In this document: positions 1 through 11,648 of the stretch, in pieces
Layout: each line of letters starts with the position of its first letter
Numbering within the stretch: the stretch's first letter is position 1
Origin: Chiloscyllium plagiosum
Lineage: Eukaryota
DNA: 61,784 nt
Reading direction: 5' to 3'
Assembly: GCF_004010195.1 (NCBI RefSeq)
Contig: NC_057728.1
Location: 42,140,844-42,202,627, forward strand
Made by a program: the position numbers and the translations under genes
Notes under the pieces: model-generated
The model's input: the letters and a program-made list of their open reading frames with translations, nothing else
What the model was told of the DNA's origin: nothing
Database searches by the model: none

Positions 1-99
1 TAAACCTGTTGGACTACAACTTGGTGTAGTGTGATTTTTAACTTTGTCAACCCCATGCAACATAGTAACAAGAATAGAAATAAGCTAATAAGGAGGATT

Positions 100-1090
100 G
101 TGTTTAGCTTGAGGCAGGATACAGAAATGAGGGTCTCAGATTTTTTGTGCTTCTGGGCCAGAAGTGAGTTTGCAATGCAGGAGAATGGGGATCAATAGTC
201 TTGTGATGAAGGACCCTCATTTGTCGGACAGGGTACAAACTAGGGAGAAAGATAGAGGAGTAAGTCTCCGTGAAAGTGATGTGCAAGAATTTTGGAGAGT
301 TGATAATGTGGGACTTTAGCTACTCCAATATCAATCAGCTTATGTTACAGTAAAGTGGAAAGAAGTGGAGGAATTTCTGAAAATATTTAGCAGTACTTAG
401 TAAATAGAATGTCTTCAGTCCAACGAAGAAGGATGACTTGCTGGATCTAATGTTATGGAATGAGGTGAGACAAGTATGTGTGGGGAAACATTTTGGTTAG
501 TGTTTCATAAGTTTCATAACCTCATCATAAGTTTGGATGGGAACAGAGCAGAGCAAGGAACAATCTAAAACAGAACATGAAATTGGAAGAGGACTAACAT
601 CAATGGGGTAAGAAGGAATCTAGATAAGGTGAAATGGAACCAAAGTGTGACAAGAGAAACTGTAAGAGAACAATAGGTGATCTTTAGGGAAAAGACGAGT
701 AAGCTATAGGCTAGCTTTAAGCTAACATGTACAGGAAACCAAACTCAAGGTTCTTTTGATGATGTGATGAATTTGAAGATGCATATCTGCTGAATTCTTC
801 AACTGGGAATCAACCCAAATGTTGGGATTGTAAGTGAAGAGGAAATTAAAACTGGCAAAGAAAATATGAATAAAATAGAATCTTGCATCGACATATAAGT
901 AATAACCGATTAGTAAGTACAAGTACCAATAGAAGTGGAGGAGGTGGAGTTAATGGATGGAGTGGAACTAGTGGGGGTGAGATAGTCAAAGAGCTTGGTG
1001 AAAGTTTCCAGTCCCCCCAATATATGATGGATATGCCAGAGGATTGGAAATACAAGACCTTGCTTCAAGACAAGACATAAGGACATTCCT
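100..1090 (+). mobile_element. Ancient degraded CR1/L2-clade LINE, endonuclease region
   Basis: Decayed motifs VGDFSYSNI (about 308) and LDLML (about 441), with many stops. Confidence 0.5.
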
Positions 1091-1094
1091 AGTC

Positions 1095-1760
1095 ATTAGA
1101 ATCATGGAATTTTCAGCCTGTTGTATTTGTGCTAGTTCTCTGAAGGAATAACTCCCCTCGTGACATTGCCCTGCCTTTTCACTATAGCATTGCCACTGTC
1201 TCCTTTTCAGGTAATGATCCAATTCCCTTTTGCTATCTTCAATAACCCTACCTTCTCTACACTTTCAAGGTGTAAATTGCTATCTGAAAATGTCATGGTT
1301 ACTTTTTTTGCCAATTACTTTCTATCCATGCCCTCTGTGTCGCAAGCCTTTCAACAATGGGAACAGTTTCTTACAACCTACATGTCTAGATTCCTCATTA
1401 TTTTCAGTACATTTATCAACGTTCTTTTCTCCAAGGAGAGCAATCCCAACTTCTCCAATCCTTCTCTATAATTGAAATTCCTTATCCCTAGTCCCATTCT
1501 CATTAATCTTTGCTGCACACTCTCTAACGCTTTCACATCCTTCCTAAAGTGTGTTACCTAGAACTGGGTTCAATATCCCAGCTGAGGCAAAACTAGTCTT
1601 ATATACAAGTTTAATGTAATTCCCTTGTTTTATTATTACTCTATGCCTCCACTGATAAAACTTAAAATTATGTATGCTTTATTCATCACATCTGTAACCT
1701 GTTCTGCATCTTCAATGAATCATTCACATACATATCCAGGTGCCTCTGTTCCTGTACCCT
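1095..1760 (-). mobile_element. Old CR1 LINE 3' fragment
   Basis: Reverse strand resembles the CR1 ORF2 C-terminus; tail-like 'cattagaatcatggaa' at the left end. Confidence 0.55.
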
Positions 1761-1789
1761 CATCTTCCACCTTTTATCCTACTCTAAAA

Positions 1790-3880
1790 TCAGACTAACC
1801 TACAAACACTTCATTGTACTATCTTTCATGTGCCTATCCAAGAGTTGCTTAAATGTCTCTAATGTATCTGACTCTACTATCATTGCTGGCAATGCATTTC
1901 ACACACCCACCACTTTCTGTGTAAATAACCTATCTCTGACATCTCCCCTAAACTTTCCTCCGATTAACTTAAAATTATGCCCCCTTGTGATAGACATTTC
2001 CACCCTTGGAAAAAGTTCTGGCTATCCACTGTCTCTATGCTTCTCAACGTTTTGTACACTTTTGTCAAGTCATCTCTCATTCTTCTTCGCTCCAATAAGA
2101 AAAGCCCTAGCTCCCTCAACCGTCCTTCATAAGCTATGCCTTCCAGTCCAGGCAACACTGGTAAATCTCACCTGTACCCTCTCTAAAGCTTCCACATCCT
2201 CCTATAATGAGATGACCAGAACTGAACACAATATTCCACATGTAGTCTAACCAGGGCTTGATAGAACTGCAGCATAACCTCGCGGCTCTTCAACTCAATC
2301 CCCCGCTAATGAAAGCCAACACACTATATGCCTTCTTAACAACCTTATCAACTTGAGTGGCAACTTTGTGGGATCTATGAATGTAGACCCTAAGATCCCT
2401 CTGTTACTCCACAATGCCAAGAATCCTGCCTTTAATTCTGTATTCTGCATTCAAATGTGACCTTCCAAAGTGAATCACTTCACACTTTTCCAGGTTGAAC
2501 TCCATCTCCCACTTAATAGCCCAGTTTTGCATCCTGTCATGTCCATTGCAACTTAAAACAGCCCTCCACACTATCCACAACTCCACCATCATTTGTGTTA
2601 TTGGCAAACTTACTAACTCACTCTTCCACTTCCTTATCCAAGTCATTCATAAAAATCACAAAGAGCAAAGTTCCCAGAACTGATCCCTGCAGAACACCAC
2701 TGGTCACTGAGCTCCAGGCTGAAAACTTCCCATCTATCACCACCCTCTGTCTTCTATGGGTGAGCCAATTCCCTGTATCTCATGCCTCCTTACTTTCAGA
2801 ATGAGCCTACCATGGGGAACCTTATCAAACACCCTGCTAAAATGCACGTGCATCACATCCACTGCTCTACCTTCATCAACATATTTGTCACATCCTCAAA
2901 GAATTCAGTAAGGTTTGTGAGGCATGACCTACACCCCACAAAGCCATGCTGACTATCTTTAATCAAACTATGGTTTTACAAGTAATCATAAATCCTATCT
3001 CTCAGAATCCACTTCAATACTTTGCCCACCACTGACGTAAGACTGACTTGTCTGTAATTCCCAGGATTATCCCTATTCCCTTTCTTGAACAAGAGAATAA
3101 CATTTGCTATCTTCAAATCATCTGGCATGACTCCAGTGGGGAGTGGACAGTAAGGACAGAATGATCATCGCCAAAGGCTCAATAATCTCACCCCTCACTT
3201 CCTGTAGTAACCTATGGTATATCCCATCTGGTGCAAGGAATTTATCTATCCTTATGTTTTTCAAAACTTTCAGCACACCCTCCTTCCTAACATCAGCCTG
3301 TTCTAGCATATCCGTCTGTTTCATGCTGTCCTCAGAAACATCAAGGTCCCGCTCAGTAGTGAATACAGAAACAAAGTATTCATTAAGGACCTCCCCAACT
3401 TCCTCTGATTGCAAATGCAAGTTCCCTCCACTATTCCTGATTGGATCTACCCTCACTCTGGCCATCCTCTTGTTCCTCACATACTTGTGGAATGACTTAG
3501 GGCGAAAGCTTTTTCATGATCCCCTTCTAGCTCTCCTAAGTCCATTCTTCAGTTCCTTCCTAGCTACCTTGTAACCCTCTAAAGCCCTATCTGATCTTTG
3601 CCTCCTCTTCTTCTTGACCAGATGTTCCACATCTCTTGTCATCCAAACTTCTTTCAACCGACCATCCCTTCCTTGCCTCAGTCGGACAAACCTGTCCAGC
3701 ACTATCAGCAAGTGCTTCCTAAACAAACTTCATATCTCTGTCGTGCATTTCCCTGAGAACATCTGTTTCCAATTTCGATGCCCCAGTTTTCTGCCTAATA
3801 GCATTGTAATTCCCCCTCCCCCAATTAAATACCTTCCCATACTGTCTACTCCTATCCTTCTCCATGAGTATAGTGGAAGG
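1790..3880 (-). mobile_element. CR1 LINE ORF2 (RT), degenerate
   Basis: ORF fragments MLPGLEGIAYEGRLRELGLF, WEMEFNLEKCEVIHFGRS and PDGIYHRLLQEV, with frameshifts. Confidence 0.9.
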
Positions 3881-3999
3881 CAGGTCATGTTTAACTAATG
3901 TAATTAAATGTTTTAATGAAGTAACAAAGAAGTGGATGAAGAGAAAGCAATAGTTGTTGTCTCTGAGGATTTTAATGAAATATTTGACCAAGTCTGTCT

Positions 4000-5080
4000 T
4001 CTCTTAGGCAGTCCCTTAGCAGAGCGATGACTTTCTTCAACTATGGTGTTGTGGATCCTGAGTTGATCCAGTGAGTCACAAGCAAAGCAGGTTGTATTTG
4101 TTGAAGTGGGTGATTGGGATGCCAGGAGCTTTTCACTCTCTTTCTGCTGTTTGCTTTTGGCCTCTATCTGGGCCTGTTGGAGACACTCAAAAGACTTAGC
4201 ACTTTTGCAGATGCCCCTTCTCTAGTTCATGTGGTCTTGGACAATAAGTTCCCACAAGTCGATGGGTGTACAGAATTTTTCACAGAGACTTGGAAAAGTC
4301 TTTGAAATGTTTCCTCTGCCTTCCCGGTAACTGCCTATTATGACAATTCTGAGAGTGCAGAGCTTGTTTTGGAGTCTTTCATCATCCATGTGGACGATGT
4401 GACACACCCGACGCAGCAGATTGTTTATAACTAATACCTAGACACTGATATTAGAACACCTGCCTTGCAAATGGATTTGAAGGATTTTGCAGAGGCATTA
4501 CTGATACTATTTTTTAAGGGATTTGAGGTGTGCTGTACATGTTCCATTTTTCCAAACAGACAGGATAGTGTTACTGCTTCCCTAGACTATGAGCTTGGTG
4601 CGGGCTTTAGATCTTGGTCATCGAACACTATTTCTCAGATGGCCGAAAGCTGTGCTGACAAATTGAAGGCACTATTTAATTCATTTGTTCACAGCCTCAT
4701 TGTGGACCTTGATAGCCCGACGCAGTATTGAGCAGTGGAAATGAGTTTGTAGAGCATCTTTGTCTTCTGGATGTTTAACCTAACGGCCATTCTCTCATAT
4801 GCTTCTGTGAGGGCAATGATGATAGTTTCGAGCTCTGCCTCTGAGTCTGCGCAGACATAAATATCACCTACACACTACAGCTCAATGACAGAGGTTCGGC
4901 TGGTCTTGCTTTTGCACTGGGGATGATGCAGTTTGAACGGCTTCTCATTTGTCTTGTCGATCAGCTCCAAACCAATGGGTAGCTTCGTGAATATGAGGCG
5001 GGGTACTGTGGCAAGGAAGATGGAGAAAAGGGTTGGTGCGATGACACAGTCTCACTTAACACCAGTTTGCACATGTATTA
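4000..5080 (-). mobile_element. RTE-clade LINE RT fragment
   Basis: Reverse strand gives TGVK*DCVIAPTLFSIFLA (RTE-type GVKQGCVLAPTLF) and a decayed SVIEL-YADD-like motif near 4865-4895. Confidence 0.75.
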
Positions 5081-5084
5081 AGTA

Positions 5085-5750
5085 CTGGAGTGCAGAATAA
5101 AATCTCAAAATTTGCTGATGATATTAAAACTGACCTACTAATTGAAGCAATTTAGCTACAAGGTTGGGTTGAAGAGCTGAGTTCTCCATTTAACAGAGAT
5201 GGTTGAAGATAGATTTACTTGAGTGATACAGGATAATGTTATGATTTATTTAGTGAATGCAAATCCCCAGAGCCAAGTGATCATCTCCTCATTTGCTGAG
5301 TTTAAAGCGATTTGTCTGCTATTTTGTCTGAAGAGGAAACACTCATTGCAGCATTATTTGTGACTTTCGTAAGTGTATAAATGATGTGTACAGAGGCCCT
5401 AGCACTACAGAATTGTTCTGCAGGGAGCCTGGCTGGTGTTGAAACTGTTTAGTAAGGACAAAATAATATCAAGTTTAGATAAAGTAGACCCATCCCCTGA
5501 CGTTATAAGCATGAGGGAAGACAGATTTAAGATTTTGAGAAGAAATTTGGCCAGGATGTGGGAAGAGCATTTTCTATGTTGCAAATGGTCATAACCTCAA
5601 AGTTATGATTTCAGAAGGAAATTGTTTGGGCACTTGTGACAAATGATTTTGCAGGTCTGCAGAGATAGTGTTGGGAAATGGGACAAATTAGATTGCTCTC
5701 TGAGAGGTGGCGTGGTTTCAATGGGCTGAATGACCTCTTTCTGTGTGATA
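5085..5750 (+). mobile_element. Ancient CR1 fragments (RT core and 3' end)
   Basis: SKFADDIK at about 5105 and CR1-like 3' end at 5470-5745. May continue the + strand element seen at 100-1090 and 3880-3990 (RSCLTNVIKCFNEVTK). Confidence 0.5.
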
Positions 5751-6804
5751 AATTACTTCAACATGTACATCCTCTCTCTCAGTATCTGACCCATCCTGAC
5801 ACCTGCCATAATGTATCAGCCAATTCACTCTGCACATTTAACGGAAGTTGGAGAGCACGTAAAATCTTTCAGGAAATAGCATCTAGGTACAACTTGAGTA
5901 CTAAACCTGCAGCTTCCCGATTTAGTACCCAGTGAAATTATGGAATTAACAATTTAGCTCAACGTTTATGCAAAAACTAAACATCCATATAGGCATATCT
6001 TATCAGCATGAAACGCAATTAGCATCTGCTTTCACCCTGCATCAAAATAAATATTACCTTCTTATTGAGGAACAAGTTTCAATGGCACAGAATCTTTGTT
6101 CAGACATAAACCAGGAGGAATTGGGCAGCACAGTAATATGGTGGAATGCTAATACTACCAGAACCTCAGAAGTCAACCAAATGAAAATACTTCCTATGAG
6201 TTCTAGACATGAAAATATTTGCCTTTGGGTGCCACTACATGATTTAAAGTACATAGAAGCTTAATGAGTAAATTTGATTGCAGTGAATTTTAGTTATGAG
6301 AACTTTTGACCTACTAAAAAACAGCTGAAAGAAATTGTGCAGGTCCCAGAATGCCTTGTTTTACCGAGTTAAAAATCACACAACACCATGTTATAGTCCA
6401 ACAGGTTCAATTGGAAGCACTAGCTTTTGGAGTGCTGCACCTTCATCAGGTGATTGTGGAGAATAAGATTGTAAGACAGAATTTATCGCAAAAGTTTAAG
6501 GTGTGATGTAACTGAAATTATATATTGAAAAAGACCTGGATTGTTTATTAAGTCTCTCATCTTTTAGAATGACCGTGTTGGTTTCAGTTCTTTCATATGT
6601 AAATCGCAAAACCTTTCTTAAAAGTTACATTCTCAAGTGCACTTTAACAATTGTTGTCATGTCAGCCCAGATAATGTATTGAAGGTGTTAATTCCCTGTG
6701 AGGCTGTCTGTGCCACAATGTTTTGGAGGCGCCAGTGTTGGACTGGGGTGTACAAAGTTAAAAATCACACAACACCAGGTTAGTCCAACAGGTTTATTTG
6801 GAAG

Positions 6805-6839
6805 CACTAACTTTCGGAGCACTGCTCCTTCATCAGGTG
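6805..6839 (-). ncRNA. Minimal hammerhead ribozyme motif (family A, inverted copy)
   Basis: Reverse complement reads CAC-CUGAUGA-A-GGAGC-AGU-GCUCC-GAAA-G-UUA-GUG. Confidence 0.7.
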
Positions 6840-6860
6840 ATTGTTAAGACTGATTCTAAT

Positions 6861-6895
6861 CACCTGATGAAGGAGCAGCGCTCTGAAAGCTAGTG
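6861..6895 (+). ncRNA. Minimal type I hammerhead ribozyme motif (family A)
   Basis: CAC-CUGAUGA-A-GGAGC-AGC-GCUCU-GAAA-G-CUA-GUG. Core is conserved, stem II is 5 bp, stem I is CAC/GUG, and stem III is palindromic AGCU. Confidence 0.75.
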
Positions 6896-7639
6896 CTTCC
6901 AAATAAACCTGTTGGATTATAACCAGATGTTGTGTGATTTTTAACTTTGTACACCCCAGTCCAACACCGGCGTCTCCAAATTATGACTTGTTTTACAGAT
7001 GTAGCTATAGAAATGTTATTGAAACAAGTGAGCTGGGGAAGGGACCCTTCTTTGGAATAATAACTCTCAGTCCTCATATAATCTCAATTTAGTGCATGGA
7101 AGGAGGTTGTAAAGAATATGAATGCAATATTCAGCAGGCCTCGAAGTGATGTTGCAAGAAACTAACGACTTTGCCAGATAAGTCAAAGTAACATTTATCA
7201 TCATAACTTCATGTTAAGTCAAGGTTCCAAAAAGGCATGGCTGTCTTTTATATAAACCTGCAATATTTTGGATGTTCATCATCAATGTTCAAAATGAAAC
7301 AGAATATTGTTATTGATATTGAACTTCATAAGACATACTTTAACTCAAAGTAGAGCAGAGTTCTATTCTGAGGAACTGCATGTCTGAAAATGGGACGGTA
7401 TAGTGGAACAGATGGGCATACTGCCCCTGTAAGAAAAGCAATTGTAACAAAGCCAGTGTAATTTATATTTTCTACAGGTTATGGTTTTTGCCTCTTCATC
7501 CATATTTAACTTGTGTGATTCTGATTCAAATTATAGTATATATAAAAAAATGAAAACTTGTCCTGTAATTTCTTCATTCAGTAAAGTTTGCTTATTCGGT
7601 TTATGAATCCACAAGGATTTTTTAATAGTATGCTCTTGC

Positions 7640-8092
7640 AACAGCAATTTCCACCTCGGAACACTTCGACCCCAGGGCATCAATGTGGATTTCACCAGTT
7701 TCCTCATTTCCCCTCCCCCCACCTTACCCCAGTTGCAACCTTCCAGCTCAGCACTGTCCTCATGACCTGTCCTACATGCCAATCTCCCTTCCCACCTATC
7801 TGCTCCACCCTCCCCTCTGACCTATCACCTCCATCCCCAACTCCATTCACCTATTGTACTCTTTGCTACCTTTCCCCACCCTCCTCCCTGACCTATCACC
7901 TCCATCCCCAATCCCATTCACCCCCATTTATCTCTCCACCTGGGAGGCTTTCTGCCTCTATTCCTGATGAAGGGCTTTTGCCTGAAACATCGATTTTCCT
8001 GCTCCTTGGATGCTGCCTGACCTGCTGTGCTTTTCCAGCACCACTCTGATCTAAACTCTGGTTTCCAGCATCTGCAGTCCTCACTTTTGCCT
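7640..8092 (+). mobile_element. Penelope-like element 3' end (family B) with decayed hammerhead at about 7960-7994
   Basis: Homologous to the 3' end of the GIY-YIG element at 43620-44745; contains ttcCTGATGAagggcttttgcctGAAAcatc. Confidence 0.8.
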
Positions 8093-8559
8093 CTGCAACA
8101 GCAATGTATAACCCACAGATGCTCCTCCAGTCATATCTTATTTGGTGAAAACAAATCCTTCTATCTAATGTGGCTGAAAACTCATGGCTACTATGGATTA
8201 CATGGTGTCAAATGGCTATTGCATTGTTTTGCTACTAATTTGAAATTTTCATCTCTGTTACTATTTGTAGGAAATTGACCAAAACAAAAGGTAGATAACT
8301 TAGTTGAGATAAGAGTTTGTCTAACGTTTGCATAAATGGGATAGCCCCTGAAAATGGATGCAGGAATTACAACGCACAATTAAACATGTGTTTGTTGAAT
8401 GCACACTAACTTTGTGCCAACAACCCATTTCCATGGTTGTGTGATCAAACAGTATGGACCATGCTTTAATTGAGTGCACACATTGGCAGAGCCCATATTG
8501 GGAGTGAAACGCCACTGAAAAGTAACCTGCAGCTCCTAAAGGGAGGTTAGAGCAGATGT

Positions 8560-10893
8560 TGGGAGTCATGATTGAAGAGGACCTGACCTGGGAAAGTTTG
8601 AGGAATGGTACCATAGGGATGAAAATAGTCTCCAATGTTTCTAAACAAATGATATTGATGGAGAAGGTGGAGATGAAGAGAGATGTCCTGTATCTGCAAG
8701 AAAACTGGGAGGGCTTCCAGACAAAGTTTCAACATCAAGGGACACTACATGCAATGCTGAGAGAAATGTGAAGATCATACATGAGTGAATGCCACATGCC
8801 ATCAATTAGGAATATGGCCAGTCAAAGACAGAAGTGGAAATTTGTGTATGGACCCTGTGGAGATTGGAGAGGTGCTAAATGAATATTTTTCATTTGTTTT
8901 CACCCAGGAAAAGGGGAATATTGTAGAGGAGAAGACTGAGATATGGTCTATGAGACAAGAAAGGATTTAGTTAGTAAGGAGGAGGTATTATCAATTATAG
9001 AGAGTGTGAAAGTAGATAAGTCACCTGGGCCAGATGGGATTTATCCGAGGATCCTCTGGGAAGCCAAGGAGGTGATGGCAGAACCTTTGGCCTTGATCTT
9101 TGAGTCATCATTATCTACAGGTTTAGCACTAGAGGACATGATGGGTGGCATGGTGGCACAGTGGTTAGCACTGCTGCTTCACAGTGTCAGAGACCTGGGT
9201 TCAATTCCTGTCTTAGGCAACTGTCTGTGTGGAGTTTGCACATTCTCCCTGTGTCTGCATGGGTTTCCTCCGGGTGCTCCGGTTTCCTCCCACAGTCCAA
9301 AAATGTGCAGATTAGGTGAATTGGCCATGCTAAATTGCCCGTAGTATTAGTTGAGGGGGTAAATGTTGAGGAATGGGTCTGGGTGGGTTGCTATTTGGAA
9401 GGTCAGTGTGGACTTGTTGGGCTGGAGGGCCTGTTTCCACACTGTAAGTAATCTAATCTATGACTGGAGGATTGCAAATGTTGTGCCTTTGTTCAAGAAG
9501 GGTAGTAGAGATGACCCTGGTAATTAGTGAGCCCTATGTCTGTTGTAGGAAAAGTTTTGGAAAGGATTATAACAGATAGGATTATAATCATTTAGCAAGC
9601 AACAATTTGATTGAAGGTAGTCAACATGGTTTTATCAAGGGCAGGTCATGTCTCACAAACCTCATTGAGTTTTTTGAGAAGGTGACCAAGCATGTGGATG
9701 AGGGTAGGGTAGTTGACGTGGTGTACATGGACTTCAGTAAAGCCGTTGATAAGGTTCCACATAGTAGGGTTTTGGAGAAAATGCAGAGGTATGGGATTGA
9801 AGGTGATTTAGCAGTTTGGATTAGAAACCAGCTTTCTGCAAATAGGCAGCGAGTGGTGGTTGATGGAAAATATTCAGCTTGGAGTCCAGTTACTAGTGGT
9901 GTGCCACAAAGATCTGTCTTGGGAGCACTGCTGTGTGTCATTTTTATAAATGACTTGGACGCAGGCATAGGTGGATGGGTTAGTGAGTTTGCACATGACA
10001 CTAAAGTCAGTGGAGTAGTGGACAGTGTGGAAGAATGTTGCAGGTTGCAGGAGGACTTCGATAAACTGTAGAATTGGGCTGAGAGATGGCAAACGGAGTT
10101 CAATGCAATAAGTATGAGATGATTCACTTTGGGAAGAATAACAGGAAGGTAGAATGCTAGGTCAATGGAAAAATTCTTGATAGTATGGATGTGCAGAGGG
10201 ATCTTGGTGTCCATGTGCATAGATCCCTGAAAGTTGCCACCCAAGTTGATAGTGCTGTTAAGGTGTGTTCGGTTTTATTGGTAGAGGGATTGAGTTCTGG
10301 AGCTGTGGTGTCATGCTGCAACTGTACAAAATGCTAGTGCGGCCTCACTTGGAATATTGTATACCGTTCTGGTTGCCCCATTACAGGAAGGATGTGGAAG
10401 CTTTGGAAAAGGTGCAGAGGAGATTTATCAGGATGTTGCCTCGTCTGGAGGAAAGGTCTTGTGAGGAAAGGCTGAGGGACTTGGGTCTGTTCTCATGGCT
10501 AAGAGAGGATTTAATAGAGACATACAAGATGATCAGAGGATTAGATAGGGTGGACAGTGAGGATTAGATAGGGTGGACATTCTTTTTCCTAGGATGATGA
10601 TGTCAGCTTGTACGAGGGGACATAGTTGCAAATTGAGGGGTGATAGATTTAAGACAGATGTCAGAGGCAGATTCTTTACTCAGAGAGTGGTAAGGGTGTG
10701 GAATGCCCTGCCTGCCAATGTAGTTAACTCAGCCACATTAGGGGCATTTAAACAGTCCTTGGATAAGCATATGGATGATGATTGGCAAGTGTTGGGGATG
10801 GGCTTAGATTAGTTCACAGGTCGGTGCAACATCGAGGGCCAAAGGGCTGTATTGTTCTATGTTCTCTGTTCTATGTTCTCTGTTCTATGTTCT
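8560..10893 (+). mobile_element. CR1 LINE ORF2, 5'-truncated, with (TGTTCTA)n-like tail
   Basis: SQHGFIKGRSCLTNLIEFFEKVT, VYMDFSKA, SGVPQRSVLG, EFAHDTK and [17 protein letters not shown]; microsatellite tail 10853-10893; interrupted by a SINE. Confidence 0.95.
9143..9460 (+). mobile_element. tRNA-derived SINE (HE1/V-SINE-like) inserted in CR1
   Basis: A-box TGGCACAGTGG, B-box GGTTCAATTCC, V-domain-like gtgtggagtttgcacattctccc, (TAATC)n tail. Confidence 0.9.
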
Positions 10894-10979
10894 AACTGAT
10901 GTCATGCACTGCTTAAATTACCACACGTCTATGCTTCATATATTTGAGCAGTTAGGCTTCAAACTACAATCTCACTCTT

Positions 10980-11082
10980 ATAGATTTTTTTTAATGAACC
11001 TGTGCAGACATGTTATGACACACATCTGGAACAGCCAAGTCTTTTGGCCAAGAGGTAGGACATGACTACTGAGCCACAGGAT
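10980..11082 (-). mobile_element. Short tRNA-like SINE directly 3' of the 5S copy
   Basis: Reverse complement starts ctgtggctcagtag (A-box-like) and ends in an A-rich tail. Confidence 0.45.
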
Positions 11083-11088
11083 CCTGCT

Positions 11089-11205
11089 GCCTCCGACAAT
11101 TGGTATTCCTAGGTAGCCTCCCGTCCAAATAGTAACCAGATCCGAGGCTGTTTAGCTTTCAGGATCAGATGAGGTTGGATCATTTCAGTCTAGTATGGCT
11201 GCAGA
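11089..11205 (-). pseudogene. Degenerate 5S rRNA copy (pseudogene or SINE3 head)
   Basis: Reverse complement tctgcagccatac...ctcatctgatcctgaaagctaaacagcctcggatctggttactatttggacgggaggctacctaggaatacc is colinear with 5S rRNA over about 117 nt, including the A and C boxes. Confidence 0.85.
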
Positions 11206-11454
11206 AAGATAATACCAAAGTGTCTGGATAGCAAACTACTGGCACAGTTGGCAGCTATGGGATTCAAACACACACCACCAAAACTTTGGCACTGCTGCAA
11301 GACTTACAGCCATAACTCTCAGATTGCACACAGATTGCAAATTATGTAAACATGCATCTCTTATATTTCTGGCACTCCTACCCCAATAACCTTTCCCTTT
11401 CATTTTAGAGATGCAAGGTGTGCAAAAAGGAAGAGCAAAAGCTCAGCAATAATT

Positions 11455-11648
11455 ACATACAAAAACAGAATTGCTGGAAAAACTCAGCAGATCTGGCAGC
11501 ATTGTGGACAGAAAGCAGAGTTAAAGAGTTAGGTCCAGTGACCTTTCTTCAGATCCTTTTCTTCTGAAGCACAGATGCTGCCAGACTTGTGGAACTTTTC
11601 CAGTAATTTCTGTCTTTGTTTCTGATTTCCAGCATCCACAGTTTTTTA
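11455..11648. mobile_element. Older fold-back Penelope-like terminal fragment
   Basis: cagaattgctggaaaaactcagcagatctggcagcat is the approximate reverse complement of atgctgccagacttgtggaacttttccagtaatttctg; decayed CTGAAGA core on the - strand. Confidence 0.55.

Larger units (their letters stand above)
6367..6981. mobile_element. Penelope-like terminal-repeat derivative with internal fold-back
   Basis: Arms of about 120 bp (6722-6842 and 6858-6981) are reverse complements, with a further partial copy at 6367-6455. The same family occurs at 1-47, 43270-43372 and 50035-50140. Confidence 0.75.

Noticed and set aside
7960..7994. Family B hammerheads as active ribozymes (also about 16257-16292, 43708-43742 and 52157-52192)
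   Set aside because: Each has core or stem III mutations, mostly CpG decay, so they are not called functional.
9143..9215. tRNA gene
   Set aside because: The A and B boxes belong to a SINE head, with no full cloverleaf.
9621..10244. 207-aa ORF on - (also 28394-29131)
   Set aside because: Antisense shadow of a retroelement RT.
11089..11205. Functional 5S rRNA gene
   Set aside because: Too many substitutions, isolated rather than arrayed, and no clean T-run terminator.
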